Source: Mustelus asterias
Lineage: Eukaryota
Direction: 5' to 3'
NCBI RefSeq assembly: GCF_964213995.1
Contig: NW_027592528.1
Location: 1 to 51,794, forward strand
Length of the DNA stretch: 51,794 nt
Made by a program: the position numbers and the translations under genes. Of this stretch, positions 1 to 10,800 are shown piece by piece (the stretch's first letter is position 1; every line of letters begins with the position of its first letter). The notes under the pieces are model-generated. The model searched no databases, had not been told where the DNA came from, and saw nothing but the letters and a program-made list of their open reading frames with translations.

Positions 1-246
1 CCCAAGGCCCAGGAGCGACCGTCGCAGAATCTAACCCGCCAGGAGAGCGGAAGGGGCGTTGAACAGCCATTAACCCGGTTACAAAACGAGAGGATGTTTA
101 GGGAGTGAATCCCACTGCTTGGTGGCGAGGTTCGGCTCGGCAGGGAGGCTCCAGAGGTGGCAATCGGAGGAACGCCAAGATCTCGGAGGCGCCGAGACTC
201 GGAGGAGATTCCCAGGGGCGGTGTGTGCCAATTAGGAGGGAAAGAT

Positions 247-430
247 AGCAGCACAGTGGTTAGCACTGCTGCCTCACAGCGCCAGGGACCCGGGTTCAAT
301 TCCGGCCTCGGGTCACTGTCTGTGTGGAGTTTGCACGTTCTCCCCGTGTCTGCGTGGGTTTCCTCCGGGTGCTCCGGTTTCCTCCCACAGTCCAAAGATG
401 TGCTGGTTGGGTGAATTGGCCATGCTAAAT
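247..430 (+). mobile_element. tRNA-derived SINE (HE1/V-SINE-like), 5' part; interrupted by a Rex1-like LINE, resumes ~998-1045
   Basis: A-box-like GTGGTTAGCACTG and B-box GGTTCAATTCC, then the core GGAGTTTGCACGTTCTCCCCGTGTCTGCGTGGGTTTCCTCCGGGTGCTCCGGTTTCCTCCCACAGTCCAAAGA, which recurs many times in the window. Confidence 0.88.
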
Positions 431-995
431 TTGATTTGATTTTTGATTTGGTTTAATTTGTTATTGTCACATGTATTGGGATACTGTGAAAAGTATTGTT
501 TCTTGCACGCTATACAGGCAAAGCATACCGTTCATAGAGAAGGAAACGAGAGAGTGCAGAATGTAGTGTTACAGTCATAGCTAGGGTGTAGAGAAAGATC
601 AACTTAGTGCAAGGTAGGTCCATTTAAAAGTCTGATGGCAGCAGGGAAGAAGCTGTTCTTGAGTCGGTCGGTACGTGACCTCAGACTTTTGTATCTTTTT
701 CCCGACGGAAGAAGGTGGAAGAGAGAATGTCCGGGGTGTGTGGGGTCCTTAATTATTCTGACTGCGTTTCCGAGGCAGCGGGAAGATGGAGTCAATGGAT
801 GGGAGGCTGGTTTGCGCGATGGACTGGGCTTTGTTCATGACCCTTTGTAGTTTCTTGCGGTCTTGGGCAGAGCAGGAGCCCATACCGAGCTGTGATACAA
901 CCAGAAAGAATGTCTTCTATGGTGCATCTGTAAAAGTTAGTGAGAGTCGTAGCTGACATGCCAAATTTCCTTAGTTTCCTGAGAAAGTAGAGGCT
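431..995 (-). mobile_element. Rex1/Babar-like LINE 3' fragment
   Basis: Minus-strand translation LYFLRKLRKFG...FYRCTIE...IIKDPTHPGHSLFHLLPSGKRYKSLRSRTDRLKNSFFPAAIRLLN is the typical Rex1/Babar ORF2 C-terminus; (AATCA)n tail. Confidence 0.8.
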
Positions 996-1139
996 AACTT
1001 GGCCCTTAGTGTCCAAGGATGTACGGGTTAGGTGGGTTGGAGTGTCCAAAAGACAAAACCCTCACTGTGCAGTGACTGACCTCCCCTGACTGACCTCTCT
1101 CTCTCTCTTTGTGTCTTCTCTCTCTCTCTCTCTCTGCAG

Positions 1140-1223
1140 TTGCGCGACAGCAAAGGGCGGAAGGATGAGGAGGAGGGCGAGGACGATGGCGGGGACGATG
1201 CCAATGGCCAGGACGACCACTAG
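1140..1223 (+). CDS. HNRNPC: Terminal coding exon of probable heterogeneous nuclear ribonucleoprotein C (LRDSKGRKDEEEGEDDGGDDANGQDDH*)
   Basis: Branch-point-like CTGAC motifs, long (CT)n tract and CTGCAG acceptor ending at 1139; phase-0 open frame to TAG at 1221-1223; peptide resembles the recalled human hnRNP C end ([27 protein letters not shown]). Confidence 0.72.
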   Translation: MRDSKGRKDEEEGEDDGGDDANGQDDH

Positions 1224-2599
1224 ACGAAGCGACCGACCGCTGACGACCCCTCCCCTGCCCCCTTCTCTTAAACCCCCTCCCCACCCCCTCCCCCTCCCAA
1301 TCTTTCCGCCATTTGTCAGTTCTCGTTTTCTAAGCAACAAGCGGGGGGGGGAAAAGAAGGAAATCGCTCGACCGTTGGCTGAGCGACCGGCGTTTCAGAA
1401 CAGGGTTTTTATTCTGAATTTAAATGAAGCATCTTTGAAGGGTGGGGGGGGGGGTGCGGAGGAAGGAGAGGAGCCTCTTGTTTTTCTCTCCCCCTTTCCC
1501 CTCTCTCTCCCCCATCCCCCCCCCCCCCCGCCAATCCCACGCTCGGTAACTCCCTCAAACCTCTCGCCATTTCCCGCCTTTCCAATCCTACCCCAAATCC
1601 AAAGTCGCAGACAAAATGGTCGACGGGGGATGGTTTTAATTTAGGGAAGTTATGTTGAAGGATATGACGAGAACTTGTTCTCCCCCCCCCCCTCCGCCCC
1701 CCCCCCCCTCCATCCCAACTCTCTCTCTCTCTCTCTCCCGCCCTTCACCCCCAAACCCCAGCCCCCATCGCCTGCAGTTCCCGCCCCCCCCGCCCCCATT
1801 TTTTGCTTTGAAGTTTCCGACCTGCTTAACGCACTCAATTCTCGGACCGAGAGGTGCTGCTTTTAATGTTTTGCTTTGGGGATGGGGAGTTTGTTTACTG
1901 GTGGGGTGGGGTGGGTATTGGGGGGGGGGGGCGGTGGGGTGTGTAGGTTATGGCTACTTATTTTGGTACGTTTAAACAAAAGGCCAGAAATGTCCGCCGT
2001 ACGTGCGTACGCGCTCGTGTGCCCCGATCTCTTTTCTCTCTCTCTCTCTTCTCGTGGTTTTTTTGCTTGGGGTTAGCCTTAGGGGTCCTCCTTGTCAGCT
2101 CTTTTTCTCCGATCCCAGGGCAGAGATGCAGACGAGGAGCTGGAGTTTAAGCTGCTCGGCTGCGCTGAGCGAGAGCGGTTTGAGCTGCAAGAGGGAAGTC
2201 CCCCTTCCCCCCTCCTCCTCCCGCCCTTCTCTTCCCCACCCCTCCACCCAGTTGGGGTTAATGGGAGAGACTCCCCTGTCAACACGGTGGGGACGCCATC
2301 CTTATTGCTGCCCCCTTTTCTTACCGATATATCTCTCTTCACCCCCCCCTCTTCGTGAGGTGGCCATCAAGCATCCACCCACCTGGCCTACTTTGCTCGA
2401 TCGGGGCATCGTGAGCGGGGGACCCCCGCGTGAGCCGGTGGAGTTGATGTAACACTCACTTTCCTCTTGCTCCTCTCTTTCCCCCTCCCCCCTTTCTGCC
2501 CTCGTTCTCTCCCCCCCCCCCAACCACCCTTTTTCCCTCCCTTTCCTTCCCCCTCCCTTTCCTTCCCCCTCCCTTTCCCTCCTCCTCCCTTTCCCCCCT

Positions 2600-4320
2600 C
2601 CTCCCTTTCCCCCTCTCCCTCCATTTTCCCCCCTCCCTCCATTTTCCCTCTCCCTCCATTTTCCCCTCTCCCTCCATTTTCCCCTCTCCCTCCATTTTCC
2701 CCTCTCCCTCCATTTTCCCCTCTCCCTCCATTTTCCCCTCTCCCTCCATTTTCCCCTCTCCCTCCATTTTCCCCTCTCCCTCCATTTTCCCCTCTCCCCT
2801 CCATTTTCCCCTCTCCCTCCATTTTCCCCTCTCCCTCCATTTTCCCCCTCCCTCCATTTTCCCCTCTCCCTTCATTTTCCCCTCTCCCTCCATTTTCCCC
2901 TCTCCCTCCATTTTCCCCTCTCCCTCCATTTTCCCCCCTGCCTCCATTTTCCCCTCTCCCTCCATTTTCCCCTCTCCCTCCATTTTCCCCTCTCCCTTCA
3001 TTTCCCCCCTCCCTCCATTTTCCCCTCTCCCTCCATTTTCCCCCCTCCCTCCATTTTCCCCCTCCCTCCATTTCCCCCGCCTCCATTTTCCCCTCTCCCT
3101 CCATTTCCCCCCTCCATTTTCCCCCCCTCCCTCCATTTTCCCCCCTCCCTCCATTTTCCCCCCTCCCTCCATTTTCCCCCCTCCCTCCATTTTCCCCCCT
3201 CCCTCCATTTTCCCCCCTCCCTCCATTTTCCCCCCTCCCTCCATTTTCCCCCCTCCCTCCATTTTCCCCCCTCCCTCCATTTTCCCCCTCCCTCCCTTTC
3301 CCCCCTCCCTCCATTTCCCCCCTCCCTCCATTTCCCCCCTCCCTCCATTTCCCCCCTCCCTCCATTTCCCCCCTCCCTCCATTTCCCCCTCCCTCCATTT
3401 CCCCCTCCTCCATTTCCCCCCTGCCTCCATTTTCCCCTCTCCCTCCATTTTCCCCCCTCCCTCCATTTTCCCGCCTCCCTCCATTTTCCCGCCTCCCTCC
3501 ATTTTCCCGCCTCCCTCCATTTTCCCGCCTCCCTCCATTTTCCCCCCTCCCTCCATTTTCCCCTCCCTCCATTTTCCCCTCCCTCCATTTTCCCCCTCCC
3601 TCCATTTTCCCCCCCTCCATTTTCCCCCCCTCCATTTTCCCCCCCTCCATTTCCCCCCCTCCATTTTCCCCCCTCCCTCCATTTTCCCCCCTCCCCGTCC
3701 CTTTTCCCCCTCCCTCCATTTTCCCGCCTCCCTCCATTTCCCCCTCCCTCCATTTCCCCCCTCCCTCCATTTCCCCCCTCCCGCCATTTTCCCCCCTCCC
3801 GCCATTTCCCCCCCCCTCCATTTTCCCCCCTCCCTCCATTTTCCCCCCTCCCCGTCCCTTTTCCCCTCCCTCCATTTTCCCCCCCTCCATTTCCCCCCTC
3901 CCTCCATTTCCCCCCTCCCTCCATTTCCCCCCTCCCTCCATTTCCCCCCTCCCTCCATTTCCCCCCTCCCTCCATTTCCCCCCTCCCTCCATTTCCCCCT
4001 TCCCTCCATTTCCCCCCTCCCTCCATTTCCCCCCTCCCTCCATTTCCCCCCTCCCTCCATTTCCCCCCTCCCTCCATTTCCCCCTTCCCTCCATTTCCCC
4101 CCTCCCTCCATTTCCCCCTCCCTCCATTTTCCCCCCTCCCTCCATTTTCCCCCCTCCCTCCATTTTCCCCCCTCCCTCCATTTTCCCCCCTCCCTCCATT
4201 TTCCCCCCTCCCTCCATTTCCCCCCCTCCCGTCCCTTTTCCCCCTCCCTCCATTTTCCCCCCTCCCTCCATTTCCCCCCTCCCTCCATTTCCCCCCCCTC
4301 CCCGTCCCTTTCCCCCCTCC
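2600..4320 (+). repeat. ~17-18 bp polypyrimidine tandem repeat (CCCTCCATTTTCCCCTCT)n
   Basis: Directly visible, about 1.7 kb; explains the long Pro/Gly-rich pseudo-ORFs. Confidence 0.95.
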
Positions 4321-4608
4321 CTCCTAGTCCAATGTTTCCAATCGTCCCACCGTGCGATCTGAAGTAGGTTTGAAAAGCTTTGTCAAGGATATCTGAATTC
4401 TGTATTTTGTTTTGTTTTAAGGCCTGTTTTAAGGGGGAGGGGGGGATTAGCCCAGGCTGTGTGAAGGGGGGGGGGGGGGGGGGGGCAGCAGAAAGCCGGA
4501 CGCGTGGGTTCAATGACAAGGCTGTGCTGGGCTAAAGGAGACCGGCAGTAGAAAGCAGCCTGTATGTTTTCTAGACTTCTTTCATACTGTATCAGTACTG
4601 TTGGGTTA

Positions 4609-4632
4609 ATTAAACATTTGAAGAATATTAAA
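4609..4632 (+). terminator. Candidate poly(A) signals ATTAAA (4609-4614, 4627-4632)
   Basis: Variant hexamers with upstream TGTA elements near 4561 and 4588. Confidence 0.5.
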
Positions 4633-4809
4633 CAAAAAACACACACGCTCGCCTCTTTACTCCCCACCCTACATCGCAGTCAGGACAGGAAGGGATAGAG
4701 CGAGAGAGAGGGGGGGAAGAACGGGTTTATCAGTGGTCCACTCGGGCCTGGTGGGGTTGGGGATCACAGATCTTTCACTCTCGATGCTTGAAGTGAGTTC
4801 CAGTCCCAC

Positions 4810-7800
4810 ATTTCTCCCCTCTCTCTCTCTCAGCCCCTCTCCCTCCNNNNNNNNNNNNNNNNNNNNNNNNNNNNNNNNNNNNNNNNNNNNNNNNNNNNNN
4901 NNNNNNNNNNNNNNNNNNNNNNNNNNNNNNNNNNNNNNNNNNNNNNNNNNNNNNNNNNNNNNNNNNNNNNNNNNNNCCTCTCTCTCTCGCTGTCCCCCCT
5001 TCTCTCGCTCACTGTCCCCCTTCTCTCGCTCACTGTCCCCCTTCTCTCTCTCACTGTCCCCCCTTTTCTCTCTCTCACTGTCCCCTTCTCTCTCTCACTG
5101 TCCCCCCTTCTCTCTCTCACTGTCCCCCCTTCTCTCTCTCACTGTCCCCCCTTCTCTCTCTCACTGTCCCCCCTTCTCTCTCTCTCACTGTCCCCCCTTC
5201 TCTCTCTCTCACTGTCCCCCCTTTCTCTCTCTCTCACTGTCCCCCCTTCTCTCTCTCACTGTCCCCCTTCTCTCTCTCACTGTCCCCCCTTCTCTCTCTC
5301 ATTGTCCCCCCTTCGCTCTCTCACTGTCCCCCCTTCTCTCTCTCACTGTCCCCCCCCTTCTCTCTCTCTCTGTCCCCCTTCTCTCTCTCACTGTCCCCCC
5401 TTCCCTCTCTCACTGTCCCCCCTTCTCTCTCTCACTGTCCCTCCCTCTCTCTCTCTCTGTCCCCCTTCTCTCTCTCACTGTCCCCCTTCTCTCTCTCTCA
5501 CTGTCCCCCCTTCTCTCTCTCTCACTGTCCCCCCTTCTCTCTCTCTCACTGTCCCCCCTTCTCTCCCTCTCACTGTCCCCCCTTCTCTCTCTCACTGTCC
5601 CCCCTTCTCTCTCTCACTGTCCCCCCTTCTCTCTCTCACTGTCCCCCCTTCCCTCTCTCTCTCTGTCCCCCCTTCCCTCTCTCTCACTGTCCCCCCCTTC
5701 TCTCTCTCACTGTCCCCCCTTCTCTCTGTCTCTCTGTCCCCCCCTTCTCTCTCTCCCTGGCCCCCTCTCTCTCTCTCACTGTCCCCCCTTCTCTCTCTCT
5801 CTGTCCCCCCCTTCTCTCTCTCTCACTGTCCCCCCTTCTCTCTCTCTCTGTCCCCCCTTCTCTCTCTCTCACTGTCCCCCCTGTCTCTCTCTCACTGTCC
5901 CCCCTTCTCTCTCTCTCACTGTCCCCCTTCTCTCTCTCACTGTCCCCCCTTCTCTCTCTCACTGTCCCCCCTTCTCTCTCTCACTGTCCCCCCTTCTCTC
6001 TCACTGTCCCCCCTTCTCTCTCTCTCACTGTCCCCCCTGTGTCTCTCTCTCTCGCTGTCCCCCCTTCTCTCTCTCTGTCCCCCTTCTCTCTCTCACTGCC
6101 CCCCCCCTTCTCTCTCTCTCTCACTGTCCCCCTTCTCTCTCTCACTGTCCCCCCTTCTCTCTCTCACTGTCCCCCCTTCTCTCTCTCACTGTCCCCCCTT
6201 CTCTCTCTCACTGTCCCTCCTTCTCTCTTTCACTGTCCCCCTTCTTTCTCTCACTGCCCCCCCCCTTCTCTCTCTCACTGTCCCCCCTTCTCTCTCTCAC
6301 TGTCCCCCCTTCTCTCTCTCACTGTCCCCCCTTCTCTCTCTCACTGTCCCCCCTTCTCTCTCTCACTGTCCCCCCTTCTCTCTCTCACTGTCCCCCCTTC
6401 TCTCTCTCACTGTCCCCCCTTCTCTCTCTCACTGTCCCCCCTTCTCTCTCTCACTGTCCCCCCTTCTCTCTCTCACTGTCCCCCCTTCTCTCTCTCACTG
6501 TCCCCCCTTCTCTCTCTCACTGTCCCCCCTTCTCTCTCTCACTGTCCCCCCTTCTCTCTCTCACTGTCCCCCCTTCTCTCTCTCACTGTCCCCCCTTCTC
6601 TCTCTCACCCCTTCTCTCTCTCACTGTCCCCCTTCTCTCTCTCACTGGCCCCCCTTCTCTCTCTCACTGTCCCCCCTTCTCTCTCTCACTGCTCCCCCTT
6701 CTCTCTCTCTCACTGCCCCCCTTCTCTCTCTCACTGTCCCCCCTTCTCTCTCTCACTGCCCCCCCTTCTCTCTCTCACTGACCTCCCCCTTCTCTCTCTC
6801 ACTGCCCCCCCCTTCTCTCTCTCACTGTCCCCACTTCTCTCTTCCACTGTCCCCCCTTCTCTCTCTCACTGTCCCCCCTTCTCTCTCTCACTGTCCCCCC
6901 TTCTCTCTCTCTCTCTGTCCCCCTTCTCTCTCTCTCACTGTGCCCCCCCTTCCCTCTGTCACTGTCCTCCCCTTCCCTCTCTCACCGTCCCCCTTCTTTC
7001 TCTCACTGTCCCCCCTTCTCTCTCTCTCACTGTCCTCCCCTTCTCTCTCTCACTGTCCCCCCTTCTCTCTCTCACTCTCTCCCTTCTCTCTCTCACTCCC
7101 CCCCTTCTCTCTCTCTCTGTCCCCCTTCTCTCTCTCACTGTCCCCCCTTCTCTCTCTCTCTGTCCCCCCTTCTCTCTCTCACTGTCCCCCCCTTCTCTCT
7201 CTCTCTGTCCCCCTGTCCCCTTCTTCCCTCTCTCTCACTGTCCCCCCTTCTCTCTCTCTCTGTCCCCTTCTCTCTCTCTCACTGTCCCCCCTTCTCTCTC
7301 TCTCTGTCCCCCTTCTCTCTCTCTCTGTCCCCCTTCTCTCTCTCTCTGTCCCCCTTCTCTCTCTCTCACTGTCCCCCCTTCTCTCTCTCGCTGTCCCCCT
7401 TCTCTCTCTCTCACTGTCCCCCCTTCTCTCTCTCACCGTCCCCCCTTCTCTCTCTCTCACTGTCCCCCCTGTCTCTCTCTCCTGTCCCCCCTTCTCTCTC
7501 TCTCTGTCCCCCTTCTCTCTCTCACTGCCCCCCCCTTCTCTCTCTCTCTCACTGTCCCCCTTCTCTCTCTCACTGTCCCCCTTCTCTCTCTCACTGTCCC
7601 CCCTTCTCTCTCTCACTGTCCCTCCTTCTCTCTTTTTTCTCTCACTGCCCCCCCCTTCTCTCTCTCACTGTCCCCCCTTCTCTCCTCTCACTGTCCCCCC
7701 CTTCTCTCTCTCACTGTCCCCCCTTCTCTCTCTCACTGTCCCCCCTTCTCTCTCTCACTGTCCCCCCTTCTCTCTCTCACTGTCCCCCCTTCTCTCTCTC

Positions 7801-10800
7801 ACTGTCCCCCCTTCTCTCTCTCACTGTCCCCCCTTCTCTCTCTCACTGTCCCCCCTTCTCTCTCTCACTGTCCCCCCTTCTCTCTCTCACTGTCCCCCCT
7901 TCTCTCTCTCACTGTCCCCCCTTCTCTCTCTCACTGTCCCCCCCTTCTCTCTCTCACTGCTCCCCCCTTCTCTCTCTCACTGCTCCCCCTTCTCTCTCTC
8001 TCACTGCCCCCCTTCTCTCTCTCACTGTCCCCCCTTCTCTCTCTCACTGCCCCCCCTTCTCTCTCTCACTGCCCTCCCCCTTCTCTCTCTCACTGCCCCC
8101 CCTTCTCTCTCTCACTGTCCCCCCTTCTCTCTTCCACTGTCCCCCTTCTCTCTTCCACTGTCCCCTCTTCTCTCTCTCACTGTCCCCCTTCTCTCTCTCA
8201 CTGTCCCCCCTTCTCTCTCTCTCTCTCTGTCCCCCTTCTCTCTCTCTCACTGTGCCCCCCCTTCCTCTGTCACTGTCCTCCCCTTCCCTCTCTCACCGTC
8301 CCCCCTTCTTTCTCTCACTGTCCCCCTTCTCTCTCTCACTGTCCCCCCTTCTCTCTCTCACTCTCCCCCCTTCTCTCTCTCACTCTCCCCCCTTCTCTCT
8401 CTCACTCTCCCCCCCTTCTCTCTCTCACTCTCCCCCTTCTCTCTCTCTCTGTCCCCCTTCTCTCTCTCTCACTGTCCCCCCCTTCTCTCTCTGTCCCCCC
8501 CTTCTCTCTCTCACTGTCCCCCCTTCTCTCTCTCACTGTCCTCCCCTTCCCTCTCTCACCGTCCCCCCTTCTTTCTCTCACTGTCCCCCCTTCTCTCTCT
8601 CTCACTGTCCCCCTTCTCTCTCTCACTCTCCCCCCTTCTCTCTCTCACTCTCCCCCTTCTCTCTCTCACTGTCCCCCCTTCTCTCTCTCACTGTCCCCCC
8701 TTCTCTCTCTCACTGTCCCCCCTTCTCTCTCACTGTCCCCCCCTTCTCTCTCTCACTGTCCCCCCTTCTCTCTCTCACTGCTCCCCCCTTCTTCTTTCTC
8801 ACTGCTCCCCCTTCTCTCTCTCTCACTGCCCCCCCTTCTCTCTCTCACTGTCCCCCCTTCTCTCTCTCACTGCCCTCCCCCTTCTCTCTCTCACTGCCCT
8901 CCCCCTTCTCTCTCTCACTGCCCCCCCCTTCTCTCTCTCACTGTCCCCCCTTCTCTCTTCCACTGTCCCCCCTTCTCTCTTCCACTGTCCCCTCTTCTCT
9001 CTCTCACTGTCCCCCCTTCTCTCTCTCACTGTCCCCCCTTCTCTCTCTCTCTCTCTGTCCCCCTTTCTCTCTCTCTCACTGTGCCCCCCCTTCCCTCTGT
9101 CACTGTCCTCCCCTTCCCTCTCTCACCGTCCCCCCTTCTTTCTCTCACTGTCCCCCCTTCTNNNNNNNNNNNNNNNNNNNNNNNNNNNNNNNNNNNNNNN
9201 NNNNNNNNNNNNNNNNNNNNNNNNNNNNNNNNNNNNNNNNNNNNNNNNNNNNNNNNNNNNNNNNNNNNNNNNNNNNNNNNNNNNNNNNNNNNNNNNNNNN
9301 NNNNNNNNNNNNNNNNNNNTCTCTCACTGTCCCCCCCTTCTCTCTCTCTCTGTCCCCCCCTTCTCTCTCTCACTGTCCCCCCCTTCTCTCTCTCTCTGTC
9401 CCCCCCTTCTCTCTCTCTCTGTCCCCCTTCTCTCTCTCTCACTGTCCCCCCTTCTCTCTCTCTCTGTCCCCCTTCTCTCTCTCTCACTGTCCCCCTTCTC
9501 TCACTCACTGTCCCCCCCTTCTCTCTCTCTCTGTCCCCCTTCTCTCTCTCTCACTGTCCCCCCTTCTCTCTCTCTCTGTCCCCCTTCTCTCTCTCTCACT
9601 GTCCCCCCTTCTCTCTCTCGCTGTCCCCCTTCTTTCTCTCTCACTGTCCCCCTTCTCTCTCTCTCACTGTCCCCCCTTCTCTCTCTCTCACTGTCCCCCC
9701 TTCTCTCTCTCACTGTCCCCCCTTCTCTCTCTCACTGCTCCCCCTTCTCTCTCTCTCACTGCCCCCCCTTCTCTCTCTCACTGTCCCCCCTTCTCTCTCT
9801 CACTGCCCCCCCTTCTCTCTCTCACTGCCCTCCCCCTTCTCTCTCTCACTGCCCCCCCCTTCTCTCTCTCACTGTCCCCCCTTCTCTCTTCCACTGTCCC
9901 CCCTTCTCTCTCTCACTGTCCCCCCTTCTCTCTCTCACTGTCCCCCCTTCTCTCTCTCTCTCTCTGTCCCCCTTTCTCTCTCTCTCACTGTGCCCCCCCT
10001 TCCCTCTGTCACTGTCCTCCCCTTCCCTCTCTCACTGTCCCCCCTTCTTTCTCTCACTGTCCCCCCTTCTCTCTCTCTCACTGTCCCCCCTTCTCTCTCT
10101 CACTCTCCCCCCTTCTCTCTCTCACTCTCCCCCCTTCTCTCTCTCACTCTCCCCCCTTCTCTCTCTCTCTGTCCCCCTTCTCTCTCTCNNNNNNNNNNNN
10201 NNNNNNNNNNNNNNNNNNNNNNNNNNNNNNNNNNNNNNNNNNNNNNNNNNNNNNNNNNNNNNNNNNNNNNNNNNNNNNNNNNNNNNNNNNNNNNNNNNNN
10301 NNNNNNNNNNNNNNNNCTTCTCTCTCTCTCTGTCCCCCTTCTCTCTCTCTCACTGTCCCCCCTTCTCTCTCTCTCTGTCCCCCTTCTCTCTCTCTCTGTC
10401 CCCCTTCTCTCTCTCTCTGTCCCCCTTCTCTCTCTCTCACTGTCCCCCCTTCTCTCTCTCGCTGTCCCCCTTCTCTCTCTCTCACTGTCCCCCCTTCTCT
10501 CCCTCACTGTCCCCCCTTCTCTCTCTCTCACTGTCCCCCCTGTCTCTCTCTCGCTGTCCCCCCTTCTCTCTCTCTCTGTCCCCCTTCTCTCTCTCTCACT
10601 GTCCCCCCCCTTCCCTCTGTCACTGTCCCCCCCTTCCCTCTCTCACCGTCCCCCCTTCTCTCTCTCACTGTCCCCCCTTCTCTCTCTCTCTGTCCCCCTT
10701 CTCTCTCTCTCACTGTCCCCCCCTTCCCTCTGTCACTGTCCCCCCCTTCCCTCTCTCACCGTCCCCCCTTCTCTCTCTCACTGTCCCCCCTTCTCTCTCT

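Larger units (their letters stand above)
1224..4650 (+). other. Probable long 3' UTR of the HNRNPC-like gene
   Basis: Unique low-complexity sequence after the stop; first poly(A) hexamers seen are ATTAAA at 4609 and 4627, preceded by TGTA motifs. Confidence 0.5.

Noticed and set aside
247-320. tRNA genes at SINE heads
   Set aside because: A and B boxes continue into SINE bodies; no complete cloverleaf.
1062-1644. ORFs 1111-1644 (+) and 1062-1340 (-, hydrophobic)
   Set aside because: Alternative and antisense frames of the acidic hnRNP-C-like exon and its UTR.
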